From positions 5,455 through 69,454 of the forward strand of contig PEAF01000001.1 in assembly GCA_002753465.1 (NCBI GenBank): 64,000 bases of DNA, in the 5' to 3' direction. Made by a program: the position numbers and the translations under genes. Positions 27,423 to 37,018 of this stretch are shown piece by piece. Source of the stretch: Candidatus Omnitrophota bacterium. GTDB taxonomy: Bacteria > Omnitrophota > Gorgyraeia > Zapsychrales > Fredricksoniimonadaceae. The notes beneath the pieces were generated by a model. The model was not told the DNA's origin. It ran no database searches and saw nothing but the letters and a program-made list of their open reading frames with translations. Each line of letters starts with the position of its first letter. Position 1 is the first letter of the stretch.

Positions 27423-29315
27423 ATGTTGAAAAAGTTATGTTTGAATTTATCCATTAGTTCTTCCGTTTTTCTATTCCTCCTGGGTTTCTTTTCTTCGATG
27501 GCTCTTGCTGCTAACTCGACGACAGATAGTTATTCTGCAATTGAATTGCGGCCGATCGTGATCTCTGCAGTGCGAAGCGCTGTTTATGGCGGCCGCCTGG
27601 CAGAGAATGTTGTTATTTATTCCAAGAGCCGGATCAAGGCCATGCCTGCGCGCGATCTTGGGGAGGTCTTAGGTTATATGCCGGGTGTGGATATGAGTGT
27701 TGGCGGTGGGTTTGGCCAGGCCACATCGCTATCGATCCACGGTTCGAATTCCCGCGATGTCCTTGTCATGGTCGATGATATCCCGTTTAATACCCAGCTT
27801 TCCGGTCAGGCCAGCCCAACGCGTATTCCCATCGATAACATTGAACGTGTCGAGGTCATTAAAGGGGCCTCTTCCAGTGCCTGGGGATCCAGTATGGGGG
27901 GCATTATTAATGTGATCACCAAAGATACGGGCGATAGCGTTATACCAACAGGGAACGTGACCAATTCTTTCGGGGCTTTTGCCACGCGCAAGCATAGTAT
28001 GGATATGGCAGGAAAGGCGGGGGACGTCGGGTACTATTTTATGGACAGTTTTATGGATAGTGACGGAACGCGTTTTCAGTCACCCGTCCGCGAGCAGAAA
28101 TCTTTCGCCAAGATGTCTGTGCCTTTAACCGATATCGCCAAGGTGACCGGTTCTTTTGGTTATAGTGGCGCCAGGGTTCGTCAACGCGTATTCTCGACCA
28201 ACAGGATCAATGAGTCGCCTTATATCGCCCGGTATGGCAAATTGAAGCTCGATCTTGACCAGCCGGATGGGAATGTCAATTTGGCTTATAAATACAACGG
28301 TCAGGAAATGTCGACGGATACGTATAATGCGCTCACGAACAGCCGTGTTTCTACATCAGCCAATCGCAATGAGTATCAAGGTCTCGGTATTAATGGCCAT
28401 ACACGTGTCCGTGAAGATGATACTTTTGTGATGGGCGCTGATCTTGACTGGCAGACGATCAAATCGAGCAATTATTTAAAAACTGCCAAGAGTGTTAAAA
28501 CGCAGGCGCCGTACGCTAACTATACATTGAAGCTTGGCTCCTGGGACTTGATCCCGGGTTTGCGTTTTGATAACAATGAAACTTTTGGTAATCAGCTCAG
28601 CCCCAGTGTTGGGGGTATTTATCATTTTTCACCCGAGAATGATACTCAGTGGCGCTTGAAGGCTTCAAGGGCATTTACGGCGCCTCCTTTGATGTGGATC
28701 TATAACGATGATCCCACGTTGTGGGTTGCCCCGAATCTGGATCTTAAGGCGGAAAGGGCGTTTGTTTATGAAACAGGTGCGACCGCTGATCTCGGGCGCT
28801 GGCGTATGGATGTTAATTTTTACCGCAGTGATGTAACGGATGGCCTTTCGACAGTTTTTGTGAGTGGGTTAAGCGCTTATCAGAAGCAGAATATCGGCAA
28901 ACTCCGGCGCGAAGGCGTCGAGGCGCAGGTTGACTATAGGGTCTCCAGTGAACTTAAGGCTTATGTTTCCGGGGGGTATAGTCACCCTGTGAACCGTGCT
29001 ACGCGAGATGTCGTGCGTGGCAATGGCGTTGCCCTGCAAAGTTTTGGTACTGGCATCAGTTATATGGCGCCTCTGGGCGTTGGCGTTGATCTTTACGGAC
29101 ATTATGACCGTTGGGATTCGCCGGCTTTAGAAGCTAATGACCGCAAACCCATGTTCGATCTCAAATTTAATAGAGCGTGGAAGTCTGTGTACAAGAAGCT
29201 GGATCTGAATGTATTTCTTAATATTTATAATCTGACCAATAGCAAATATTGGACCGCTCCTTCCTTGCCATTACCTGAACGCTACCTTGAGGGTGGCGCA
29301 ACCGTTTCTTTCTGA
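27423..29315 (+). CDS. TonB-dependent outer-membrane receptor
   Basis: Signal peptide, plug domain (..GQATSLSIHGSNSRDVLVMVDDIPFN...IERVEVIKGASSSAWG..), a beta-barrel region and a C-terminal aromatic residue (...GGATVSF*). Confidence 0.9.
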   Translation: MLKKLCLNLSISSSVFLFLLGFFSSMALAANSTTDSYSAIELRPIVISAVRSAVYGGRLAENVVIYSKSRIKAMPARDLGEVLGYMPGVDMSVGGGFGQATSLSIHGSNSRDVLVMVDDIPFNTQLSGQASPTRIPIDNIERVEVIKGASSSAWGSSMGGIINVITKDTGDSVIPTGNVTNSFGAFATRKHSMDMAGKAGDVGYYFMDSFMDSDGTRFQSPVREQKSFAKMSVPLTDIAKVTGSFGYSGARVRQRVFSTNRINESPYIARYGKLKLDLDQPDGNVNLAYKYNGQEMSTDTYNALTNSRVSTSANRNEYQGLGINGHTRVREDDTFVMGADLDWQTIKSSNYLKTAKSVKTQAPYANYTLKLGSWDLIPGLRFDNNETFGNQLSPSVGGIYHFSPENDTQWRLKASRAFTAPPLMWIYNDDPTLWVAPNLDLKAERAFVYETGATADLGRWRMDVNFYRSDVTDGLSTVFVSGLSAYQKQNIGKLRREGVEAQVDYRVSSELKAYVSGGYSHPVNRATRDVVRGNGVALQSFGTGISYMAPLGVGVDLYGHYDRWDSPALEANDRKPMFDLKFNRAWKSVYKKLDLNVFLNIYNLTNSKYWTAPSLPLPERYLEGGATVSF

Positions 29316-29407
29316 CGCCCAGATTCTCCAGAAGACCCTAAAAGGTCAGTCGAAAGCCCCCTTCTACTATTTACAGATCTCTTTTATAGAATATAGTTAA
29401 TGAGTTT
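29296..29407 (+). repeat. Imperfect direct repeat, copy A (pairs with 37019-37125)
   Basis: Covers the last codons of the receptor gene plus the spacer. In the core 29321-29380, 45 of 60 positions are identical to 37040-37099 by hand alignment. The block AGTTAATGAGTT follows in both copies. Confidence 0.7.
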
Positions 29408-29475
29408 AGTTGGAACATTTTTCGTATGTGCAGGATATTTCTATTGAATGAAAACTGTCAGGACAAAGTAATCCG

Positions 29476-31089
29476 ATGGGCTTTTCTGTTATCCGTTTTT
29501 TAAATTGTTTGATAGGCGCGGGCATCATGCTGATGTGCGCAGTGCCAACATCTTCTTTTTCGGCGCAGGACGTGCCATCTTACGGCGGGACTCTTGTATG
29601 GGGAACGATCAATCCGCCGACCATCATCAATCCTGTTTTGACATATCAGGGAGTATCTTCCTCACTGATGTCCCTTATTTTTAATGCGTTGGTCCGTGTT
29701 AATGCGCAAGGAGAGATTATTCCAGATTTGGCAGAATCCTGGGATGTGTCAGAGGATGGATTGATCTATGTATTCCATTTGAAGAGAGGTGTGCACTTTC
29801 ATGATGGCGTTGAGTTGACGGCTGAAGATGTTAAGTTCACGTATGAAGCCATTGAAGATCCCCGGAATGAGTCTCAGAGAAAAGACAGGACCTCAAATGC
29901 TCTTGTGGGGCAATGGCAGGTTATTGATCAATACACTGTAAAATTTTCATTGAAGGCGGCTAATAAGTTTGTTTTGTATAAATTAGCCTTCGTGATCGCT
30001 CCTATGCATCTTTTGACAGGACAAAAAATGTCGGAAGCAGCTTTTAATTGGGCGCCTGTTGGCTCCGGGCCTTTTCGTTTTAAGGCATGGGACCATAAAA
30101 CACAGGAGATCGTGCTTGAAGCTAATCCGTACTATTTCGAAGGCAGGCCGTTCCTGGACCGGATCGTGGTTAAAGTTTATCCGGATAATACCAGTCTTTG
30201 GGCGGCATTAATGCGCCAGGAGGTGGATCTGGTCAAATTCCTGAATCGGGAAGATTATGAGGTGCTGCGCAAAGATAAGTTATTTAAAACTTATGAGATC
30301 TCGTCAGGAATATGTTCGGCCATTGTTTTTGATCTTCATGATCCTCTCCTTGCCGATATCAGGGTAAGGAAGGCCATCGCCATGGGGATCAATGTTGATC
30401 GAATGCTTAATGACATACGTTTAGGGGGAGTTCCTGGGACCGGGATATTTGAATCCGGTTCCTCCGGTTTTAATCCTGATATCAAACCGTTTGCCTATGA
30501 CCCGCAGGAGGCCCGGCGCTTGCTGGAAGCAGTTGGTTGGAAAGATCTGAATGGTGACGGTATTCTTGAAAAAGAAGGCAAGGCGTTGGAGATAAAAATG
30601 CTTGTTGAAGGCCGTAGCGGATATTATCAGGTCATGGCCATGGTTATCCGCCAGCAATTATCTGAGATAGGGGTAAAACTGGTGGTCGATCTATATCAGG
30701 ATGAGAAAGCATTCACCCAGGCGTATTTATCAGCACACAAGCCACAGGCATGGTTAAGGTCTTTTGTTTCATTTATCCGTGATCCGGGGATAGCTCTCGA
30801 GCAATGGTACCCTTCAGGCGATCTGTTGCAAAAGTTGTGGAATTACAAGAATCCCGAGCTGGATGCGCTGATCGTTGAGGCAAAAACGAGTTCCGATAAG
30901 GTGTTACAAAGCAAGGTCTATCAAAAAATACATAAGGTTATTTATGATGATCAACCGGCGTGTTTTCTATTCTCATTTGTTACGCGTCACGCCGTTGCCC
31001 GAAAGTTCTCCAATACGGACGGGTTCTTTTTTCCATTGATGCCTGTCTATTTGATTAAGGATTGGTATTTATCCCCTGTTTCGCATTAG
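29476..31089 (+). CDS. ABC-type substrate-binding protein, family 5 (peptide/nickel/opine type), with no cognate permease genes nearby
   Basis: 537 aa with a signal peptide. GGTLVWG...INP.., PDLAESWDVSEDGLIYVFHLKRGVHFHDG and ...PYYFEGRPFLDRIVVKV are typical of DppA/OppA/NikA-like binding proteins. Confidence 0.9.
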   Translation: MGFSVIRFLNCLIGAGIMLMCAVPTSSFSAQDVPSYGGTLVWGTINPPTIINPVLTYQGVSSSLMSLIFNALVRVNAQGEIIPDLAESWDVSEDGLIYVFHLKRGVHFHDGVELTAEDVKFTYEAIEDPRNESQRKDRTSNALVGQWQVIDQYTVKFSLKAANKFVLYKLAFVIAPMHLLTGQKMSEAAFNWAPVGSGPFRFKAWDHKTQEIVLEANPYYFEGRPFLDRIVVKVYPDNTSLWAALMRQEVDLVKFLNREDYEVLRKDKLFKTYEISSGICSAIVFDLHDPLLADIRVRKAIAMGINVDRMLNDIRLGGVPGTGIFESGSSGFNPDIKPFAYDPQEARRLLEAVGWKDLNGDGILEKEGKALEIKMLVEGRSGYYQVMAMVIRQQLSEIGVKLVVDLYQDEKAFTQAYLSAHKPQAWLRSFVSFIRDPGIALEQWYPSGDLLQKLWNYKNPELDALIVEAKTSSDKVLQSKVYQKIHKVIYDDQPACFLFSFVTRHAVARKFSNTDGFFFPLMPVYLIKDWYLSPVSH

Positions 31090-31254
31090 TACTAAAGCCA
31101 TTCTTAAGGTTGTACAGAAATGAAGCTTTAAATATGAAAGGGGGTGAGGAAGAGTGGTGATCGTAAAGCAGGGTTCAGCGGATGTACGCAGGCTTTCAGC
31201 GCTTAGCTGTTGTTGGCCGCCTATGACAGAGACTATGAATTTAGTGGTTGAATA

Positions 31255-31329
31255 ATGTTTCATGCTTTTGAAAATATCTGTTGCCGGAAAGGGGTTGGAC
31301 TTACGGCAGCAGATATTACTCGGGAATAA
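31255..31329 (+). CDS. Speculative 24-aa ORF immediately upstream of the rSAM/SPASM gene (candidate precursor peptide)
   Basis: ATG at 31255 to TAA at 31327-31329 encodes MFHAFENICCRKGVGLTAADITRE. It ends 14 nt before the maturase ATG. There is no convincing Shine-Dalgarno sequence. Confidence 0.2.
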   Translation: MFHAFENICCRKGVGLTAADITRE

Positions 31330-31343
31330 ATCAAGGTCCTTCC

Positions 31344-32693
31344 ATGCAATTATCTTTCTATAACATTATTGTTGATGATCATCCCATACCCGGAGAGCAT
31401 CTTCTTTACAATACCCGCACCCAGGCGCTGGTTAAGGTCGAGGGGCAGTTGATGGGGCTTTTAAAGCGGCTTGACGATCCTAAGAATTTCTCCTTGAGGA
31501 TGCAGTATGCCAATGAGCTGGTTCATTTGCATGAGATGGGTTTTATTGTCGATAATAAGTGGGATGATGTAAGGCGGTTGGTTCATTTTCTGGGTGATCT
31601 TAAGTACAAGAAAACGACGGACACGTTCTCGGTTACAATCCTGACGACCATGGCGTGTAATTTCAAATGCACTTATTGCTTTGAGGAAAATACGCGCAAG
31701 CCTTTGTGTATGGACCGGCGTACATGTGACGCAACTCTGAAATGGATCAAAGAGAGGGTTATACGGATGAAGTATGACAGCATCTTTGTTACGTTTTATG
31801 GAGGAGAGCCTTTGTTGAATGAAGAAGCGCTTGAATATTTGGCGAATGATCTGCGGGACTGGTGCGCCGGTAATGGGTTCGCGTTCAGGTTCATGATCCA
31901 GACTAATGGATACCTGATGACGCATGAGCGTGTGCAGAAGTATTTGCCCCTGGGGCTTTCTGATGTACGGATATCGCTTGATGGGGTTGCTGAAGACCAT
32001 GACCTTAAGCGCCCGTTGCGCGGCGGTGGCGGGACATTTGACGAGATCATGAAGAATATTGTTGAAAATATTTCACATGTCAGGATAGGGCTTTCTGTCA
32101 GTTATGACAAGAGCGGGGTGGCGCACATTGCCAGGCTTTTGGATCATCTTGAGAAGATCGGGATATTGCATCAATTGGGCCGAATTATCTGTTCGCCTGT
32201 TCGCGCATCGTTGGGTCAGTCTGTGCATCCAGAAAAGATATGTGGCTCGGCCTGCCTGATCAATTACAATGACGAGGAATTATTGCATTCGGTGATCGAG
32301 ATCAACCGCTTGATGAGTGTTAAAGGTATTTCAGTTCAGAAGGGTTTGCCGATCTCAGCATGCCCGTTGCTTCGTGAGCACGGAGCATTTTCTATTGATC
32401 CTCAGGGGCGTTTGTTCGGATGTAATTCCATGCTGGGCCACCCAGAGTTTTCGCTTGGCGACATCTTTCATAATACGTTCAATGATAAACGGCGAAAATT
32501 CCTGAATATGGATGTTGGACTGAATTGCCCCGTTCATTGCCGTTATTTACCGGTTTGTAATGGCGGGTGCCGGCTTATCTCATTTATCGAGCACGGACGA
32601 TTTGAACGCCCTGATTGCAAGGTACGGTATTTGGATAAGATGGCACCTGATCTTGTAAAGAAAGAATATGATGCTTTATGCCAAAGTTCCTGA
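31344..32693 (+). CDS. Radical SAM/SPASM-domain peptide-maturase-like enzyme
   Basis: An N-terminal domain of about 100 aa (possible peptide-recognition element). Radical SAM motif CNFKCTYCFE (CX3CX2C) and GGEPLL. A C-terminal Cys-rich SPASM-like region (..CPLL...GRLFGCNS...CPVHCRYLPVCNGGCR). The start was taken at ATG 31344. Confidence 0.85.
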   Translation: MQLSFYNIIVDDHPIPGEHLLYNTRTQALVKVEGQLMGLLKRLDDPKNFSLRMQYANELVHLHEMGFIVDNKWDDVRRLVHFLGDLKYKKTTDTFSVTILTTMACNFKCTYCFEENTRKPLCMDRRTCDATLKWIKERVIRMKYDSIFVTFYGGEPLLNEEALEYLANDLRDWCAGNGFAFRFMIQTNGYLMTHERVQKYLPLGLSDVRISLDGVAEDHDLKRPLRGGGGTFDEIMKNIVENISHVRIGLSVSYDKSGVAHIARLLDHLEKIGILHQLGRIICSPVRASLGQSVHPEKICGSACLINYNDEELLHSVIEINRLMSVKGISVQKGLPISACPLLREHGAFSIDPQGRLFGCNSMLGHPEFSLGDIFHNTFNDKRRKFLNMDVGLNCPVHCRYLPVCNGGCRLISFIEHGRFERPDCKVRYLDKMAPDLVKKEYDALCQSS

Positions 32694-32760
32694 TCTCATG
32701 CTGATATCCAGCATTCTAGAAATGCATGGCGGTAGGGGTACGCCTATGGTATAAAAATTT

Positions 32761-34509
32761 ATGTCATTGTTATCCCTTGTTAAGCCTCATCGTCGGGGCA
32801 TCTTTTTCATCCTGTTTTCTATCTTCCTGAGTAACGTCCTTGCCTTGTTTTTGCCCTGGGGCATCAAGATCATTGTTGACGGTGTCCTGGTTCGCAGCGG
32901 CGATGCCCTTCTTTTAAGAAAAGTCCTATGTGTATTGCTGGCAGTCCTTGTCGTCCGTACGTTGCTGAGCTTCTTGCAGAAATACATCAGCAGTATGGTT
33001 GGGGAAAAGATCGTGGCGGACCTCAGGGGCCGTCTTTATGCGCATGTCCATGGACTTGCGCTGGTCCGTATCCGGCAAATATCTCCGTCGCAGATCCTCA
33101 CGCGCATTACCTCAGATGTGGATAGTGTCCGGCGTTTTGTATTCGGGGATGCGTTGGATTTCATTTATGCCGTGTTTGCTGTCGGGTTGATCCTGGTCGT
33201 TCTAGGGTGCATTAACGGCCGTATGATGATGTGGACGCTATTGACGCTGCCGTTGTTTGTTGTCATTTATTTTGGAGGGATCCCCAGGTTAAAAAGGTGC
33301 TACGGCCGCTGGCGTGATGTGCATGGCCGGTTGACCTCAAGGGTCAATGAAGTGCTGGGGGGCATGATGACGGTCCGGGCGTTCGGTGGTGAGGTGTATG
33401 AGCGTAAGATGTTCGAGGCCGGGCAAAAGGATGTTGTGCAGGCGGCAGGCCAGGCGCATGCGCTTAACACGGCGTTATGGACAGGGGCAGAGTTCTTCAC
33501 ATCTATGGGCGTGCTGGGCGTCCTGTGGGTCGGCAGTGCGGATGTGATGGCCGGGCGCATGACACCCGGTGCGTTGGTGGCTTTTTATTCATACCTGGGG
33601 ATGCTTTTTGCGCCGCTGATGCGGATGGTCGTGATCAACAGTTCTTATCAAGAGGCTAACGCTGCCTTTGAGCGTATTGCGGATGTCTTGAATATCGACG
33701 ATAAGCTGAAGCTATCGGCGGCGCCTGTGGCCTTGGGCGATCTAAAGGGCGAGGTTGTTTTTGAGGATGTTTCTTTCCGTTATCTTACGCAGCAGCGTGT
33801 CCTTGAAAAGGTTTCGTTCAAGGTTATGCCCGGTGAGACGGTGGCTGTGGTCGGGCCGAGCGGGGTCGGCAAAAGTACGCTGGTAGGCCTTTTACTGCGT
33901 TTGTTCGATGTTGAGGAAGGCCGTATCCTTATTGACGGGCATGATCTGCGGGAACTGGATCTTGATGCATACCGCCGGCGGGTTTCGGTTGTGCTGCAGG
34001 ATGATTTTCTGTTCCAGGATACCGTGGCCGCCAATATCGGGTATGCGCTTGAAGGCCTATCGTTCGATAAGATTGTGGCCGCCGCCAGGGTAGCTCAGGC
34101 TCATGATTTCATTATGGCGCTTTCTGACGGGTACGATACCAAAGTGGGTGAGCGCGGAGTGCTTCTTTCCTGCGGACAACGCCAACGTATCGCCATGGCA
34201 CGGGCCTTGGTGAGGGATCCACGGGTCCTTGTTTTAGATGAGGCGACATCGGCCGTTGATGCCATGACTGAGAATGCCATCCAGAAAGCGGTGAAGGATT
34301 TTGGGGCTCCAAGAACGGTTTTTGTTGTGGCGCACCGTTTCTCGACGATCATGGAGGCGGACAGGATCATTGTCATGCAGGAAGGCAGGCTGGTCGATGT
34401 CGGCGGACATACCGAACTTTTGGAAAGATCACCCTTTTACAGGGAATTGTACCTGGAGCAGTTCAAAGGTTCCGGTGAGTGCATGGGATCGGAGGGGGTG
34501 ATCCTGTGA
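32761..34509 (+). CDS. ABC exporter, fused permease/ATPase (MsbA/type I exporter-like), no peptidase domain
   Basis: 582 aa with six N-terminal TM helices. Walker A GPSGVGKST, signature LSCGQRQR and Walker B LVLDEATSAVD. Confidence 0.9.
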   Translation: MSLLSLVKPHRRGIFFILFSIFLSNVLALFLPWGIKIIVDGVLVRSGDALLLRKVLCVLLAVLVVRTLLSFLQKYISSMVGEKIVADLRGRLYAHVHGLALVRIRQISPSQILTRITSDVDSVRRFVFGDALDFIYAVFAVGLILVVLGCINGRMMMWTLLTLPLFVVIYFGGIPRLKRCYGRWRDVHGRLTSRVNEVLGGMMTVRAFGGEVYERKMFEAGQKDVVQAAGQAHALNTALWTGAEFFTSMGVLGVLWVGSADVMAGRMTPGALVAFYSYLGMLFAPLMRMVVINSSYQEANAAFERIADVLNIDDKLKLSAAPVALGDLKGEVVFEDVSFRYLTQQRVLEKVSFKVMPGETVAVVGPSGVGKSTLVGLLLRLFDVEEGRILIDGHDLRELDLDAYRRRVSVVLQDDFLFQDTVAANIGYALEGLSFDKIVAAARVAQAHDFIMALSDGYDTKVGERGVLLSCGQRQRIAMARALVRDPRVLVLDEATSAVDAMTENAIQKAVKDFGAPRTVFVVAHRFSTIMEADRIIVMQEGRLVDVGGHTELLERSPFYRELYLEQFKGSGECMGSEGVIL

Positions 34510-36284
34510 TGATGTTTTTTGCGCAGCGCTTAAAAGGATGGGTCGCCTTTTTATGGCCTCGACGGATTTGGCAGCAGATCTTCTGGGTGCTCCTTTTACT
34601 AGCGGTTGTGCCGCTGGTTGTCCTGGGTACGTTGCTGATCAATACCAGTCAGCAGGCGGTCAGGACATCTGTCCTGCGTGATCATAAAGAGATCGCTTAT
34701 CGTGCGGCCGGTCAGGTGAATGAATTTGTTCGAAAACCTCAGGATCTGCTGATGACGGCGGCATCCATCATGGGGGTAAGCCATGCCGATGCCTGGCGAC
34801 AGGAAACGGCTATCGTCGAGCTTTCCCTGCGTTTTCCAATGTTGCGCCGTGTGGCGTCCATTGATATCAACGGGCAGGAGGTCGCCGTATCAAAGCTGGG
34901 CAGTGACAAGATCGATCGGTCCAAAGAAGAATCTTTCTTAAGTGCGCGTGAGGGTAGGCCGTTCATCTCTTCTGTTAATATCCATGGGACGGATACGCCG
35001 GTTGTTACTATTTCAGTGCCCATTACGCAATGGGGTAAGGTCAATGGCGTTCTTATGGCTGAGGTTGATCTTAGGGGTATGTGGGATATCGTAGATGGCA
35101 TCCATGTAGGAACGACAGGGTATGCGTGCGTGGTCGATCGTTCTGGAGCGCTCATTTCGCATCCGAACAAGAAAATGATCCTGAGCCACGAACCTCTTTT
35201 TAATACAAAGATAGTGGGGGAGGTGTTATCCGGCAAGGGGGGCAGCCTGGAGGATGTGGATGCTCAGGGCGGAGGATGGATCGCCTCCTACGCGCCGGTA
35301 GAAGGTGCTGGCTGGGGACTTTTGATCTTTCAGTCAGCGGCGGAAGCTTATGCTTTTTCGAAGATCATGAAGGTTCAGGCATGGTCATTTATTTTGATCG
35401 TTATGGTGGCCGCCTTCATCATTAGTATGGCATTGGCAAGGTTCATGAGCCGTCCGCTTAATATGTTGCTTGATGGCGCCCGGCGGATATCGCTGCGGGA
35501 TTATGATCATCCCTTGCCTGTGGCGCATCAGGACGAGATCGGGCAGATCATGGCTTCTTTTAATGATATGACGGCTAAACTCAAGCAGGTCCGCCAGGCA
35601 GAGAAGCTGTCGCTCATAGGTAAAGCCGTGACGAGCATTGTGCATGAGCTCAAGAATTCGCTGGTACTGGTCGATACGTACATTCAGCTCCTGGGTGAGC
35701 GTTATAAGGATAAACAGTTCATCCAGGAATTCACCCGTGTTGTGCCCCAGGAGTTGAACGCCTGGAAAGGGATGCTGCAGAACATGGGGGAGTATGCGCG
35801 CGTGCCGTATTTTGCGCTTGATCCGGTCGATGTCAATGTATTGCTTAAGGATGTGGCTCTCTTGGCGGATCACCGGGTCAAACAGCATGGGGCTGACTTT
35901 GTTGTCGAGGAGGCATTCGGTATCCCGCCGGTGCGCGGTAATGCCGACAAGCTCAGGCAGGTGTTGATGAATTTACTTTCTAATGCCCTGGATTCCATGT
36001 CTTATGCCGGGACCGTGTGGCTGACGTCCGCTCTCAGGGCGCATCCATCCCACGCAGGCAGGTTGTTTGTGGTAATATCGGTTGAGAATACGGGAGAGGT
36101 CATTTCTCCCGAGAGGCTGGAGCGTATCTTTGAGCCGTTTTTTACGACCAAGGACGGCGGGTTGGGTTTGGGCTTGGCGATCTGCCGTGAGATTGTCGAA
36201 CGTCATGATGGTTTTATTGATGTTGTCAGCGGCCCTGTGAAGACGGCGTTCCGCGTTCATTTACCGTTGGATAATGGGGGTTGA
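34509..36284 (+). CDS. Sensor histidine kinase with extracytoplasmic Cache-like domain and HAMP
   Basis: The start ATG overlaps the ABC stop (GTGATGATG). TM, then a periplasmic region of about 250 aa (..GYACVVDRSGALISHPNKK..), a second TM and HAMP. H-box SIVHELKNSL. LMNLLSNALDS and GGLGLGLAICREIV. Confidence 0.85.
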   Translation: MMFFAQRLKGWVAFLWPRRIWQQIFWVLLLLAVVPLVVLGTLLINTSQQAVRTSVLRDHKEIAYRAAGQVNEFVRKPQDLLMTAASIMGVSHADAWRQETAIVELSLRFPMLRRVASIDINGQEVAVSKLGSDKIDRSKEESFLSAREGRPFISSVNIHGTDTPVVTISVPITQWGKVNGVLMAEVDLRGMWDIVDGIHVGTTGYACVVDRSGALISHPNKKMILSHEPLFNTKIVGEVLSGKGGSLEDVDAQGGGWIASYAPVEGAGWGLLIFQSAAEAYAFSKIMKVQAWSFILIVMVAAFIISMALARFMSRPLNMLLDGARRISLRDYDHPLPVAHQDEIGQIMASFNDMTAKLKQVRQAEKLSLIGKAVTSIVHELKNSLVLVDTYIQLLGERYKDKQFIQEFTRVVPQELNAWKGMLQNMGEYARVPYFALDPVDVNVLLKDVALLADHRVKQHGADFVVEEAFGIPPVRGNADKLRQVLMNLLSNALDSMSYAGTVWLTSALRAHPSHAGRLFVVISVENTGEVISPERLERIFEPFFTTKDGGLGLGLAICREIVERHDGFIDVVSGPVKTAFRVHLPLDNGG

Positions 36285-36286
36285 AG

Positions 36287-36997
36287 ATGTTCTACGAGAA
36301 GATCGTTGCCATAGATGATGATGTACGTCAGCTTGAAAGTTTGAAGCTTGTTTTGGGCAGGCATTATGAGCTCATTTGCTTCAGGAGTGGCGAAGAAGCT
36401 CTTTTGTACCTGAAGCGTCCTAATGGCATCAGGCTTGTTCTTCTGGATATTTGCATGAAGGGTATGGATGGGCTTGCCGTATTAAATGAGATCCGTCAGA
36501 TGGGTTTGGATATCAAGGTCGTTATTATGACCGGGCATGGTTCCAAGGAAATGGCTGTGCAGGCGTTGCGCTATGGTGCGAATGATTTTATCGACAAGCC
36601 TTTTGATATCCGGGTTCTGCAAGACAAGGTTCGTCAATTCCTGAAAAAGAACAATAGTCATGAGCATGAGCAGGGCCTTATCCCCGGACGGATGAAGTCT
36701 TTCATGGAAAAAAATCTTGCGGGTGTGACGCTTAAAGATATGGCCGAGGACCTTTGTTTGAGCGAGAAATACGTTGGCCGTGTTTTCAGGAAAAACAATG
36801 CGTCCAGCTTCAGGGATTGCAAGATCAACATGAAGATTGAGAAAGCCAAGGACCTTTTGCAGAGCTCGGCTTATCCAGTTTACAAGATTGCAAGCATGTT
36901 GGGTTATCAGAACCCCGAAACCTTCATGCGGATATTCAAACGCAAAACCACATTATCGCCGCTTCAATACCGCAACGCCACCAAACCTGCCAAGTGA
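36287..36997 (+). CDS. Response regulator with AraC-type HTH output domain
   Basis: REC (..LVLLDICMKGMDGLAVL..) followed by a C-terminal HTH_AraC domain (..LKDMAEDLCLSEKYVGRVFRK...IASMLGYQNPETFMRIFKRKTTLSPLQYR). Confidence 0.85.
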   Translation: MFYEKIVAIDDDVRQLESLKLVLGRHYELICFRSGEEALLYLKRPNGIRLVLLDICMKGMDGLAVLNEIRQMGLDIKVVIMTGHGSKEMAVQALRYGANDFIDKPFDIRVLQDKVRQFLKKNNSHEHEQGLIPGRMKSFMEKNLAGVTLKDMAEDLCLSEKYVGRVFRKNNASSFRDCKINMKIEKAKDLLQSSAYPVYKIASMLGYQNPETFMRIFKRKTTLSPLQYRNATKPAK

Positions 36998-37018
36998 TCC
37001 TGTAACAGATTCACTCTC

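Noticed and set aside
29316-29395. Apparent peptide-level conservation inside the two direct-repeat copies (DSPEDPKRSVESPLLLFTD versus HSPECTKKSVESPLILSTD). In copy A it is in frame with the TonB receptor stop, which hints at stop-codon read-through or a hidden small gene.
   Set aside because: Copy B has no in-frame ATG, GTG or TTG start after the response-regulator stop. The differences between the copies are spread over all three codon positions rather than concentrated at third positions. I treat it as non-coding DNA similarity.
31069-31263. The 64-aa minus-strand ORF in the gap, considered as a precursor or regulator gene.
   Set aside because: It overlaps the 3' end of the binding-protein gene, has no RBS, has no recognisable motif, and is antisense to an otherwise unidirectional cluster.
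31100-31340. Possible cobalamin (or other) riboswitch upstream of the rSAM/SPASM gene. The segment GAGGAAGAGTGGTGATCG superficially recalls the GGTG core of B12 riboswitches.
   Set aside because: I could not find a B12-box-like element or the conserved CCC/ACTG blocks. The resemblance is limited to a few nucleotides. An Rfam cmscan would settle it.
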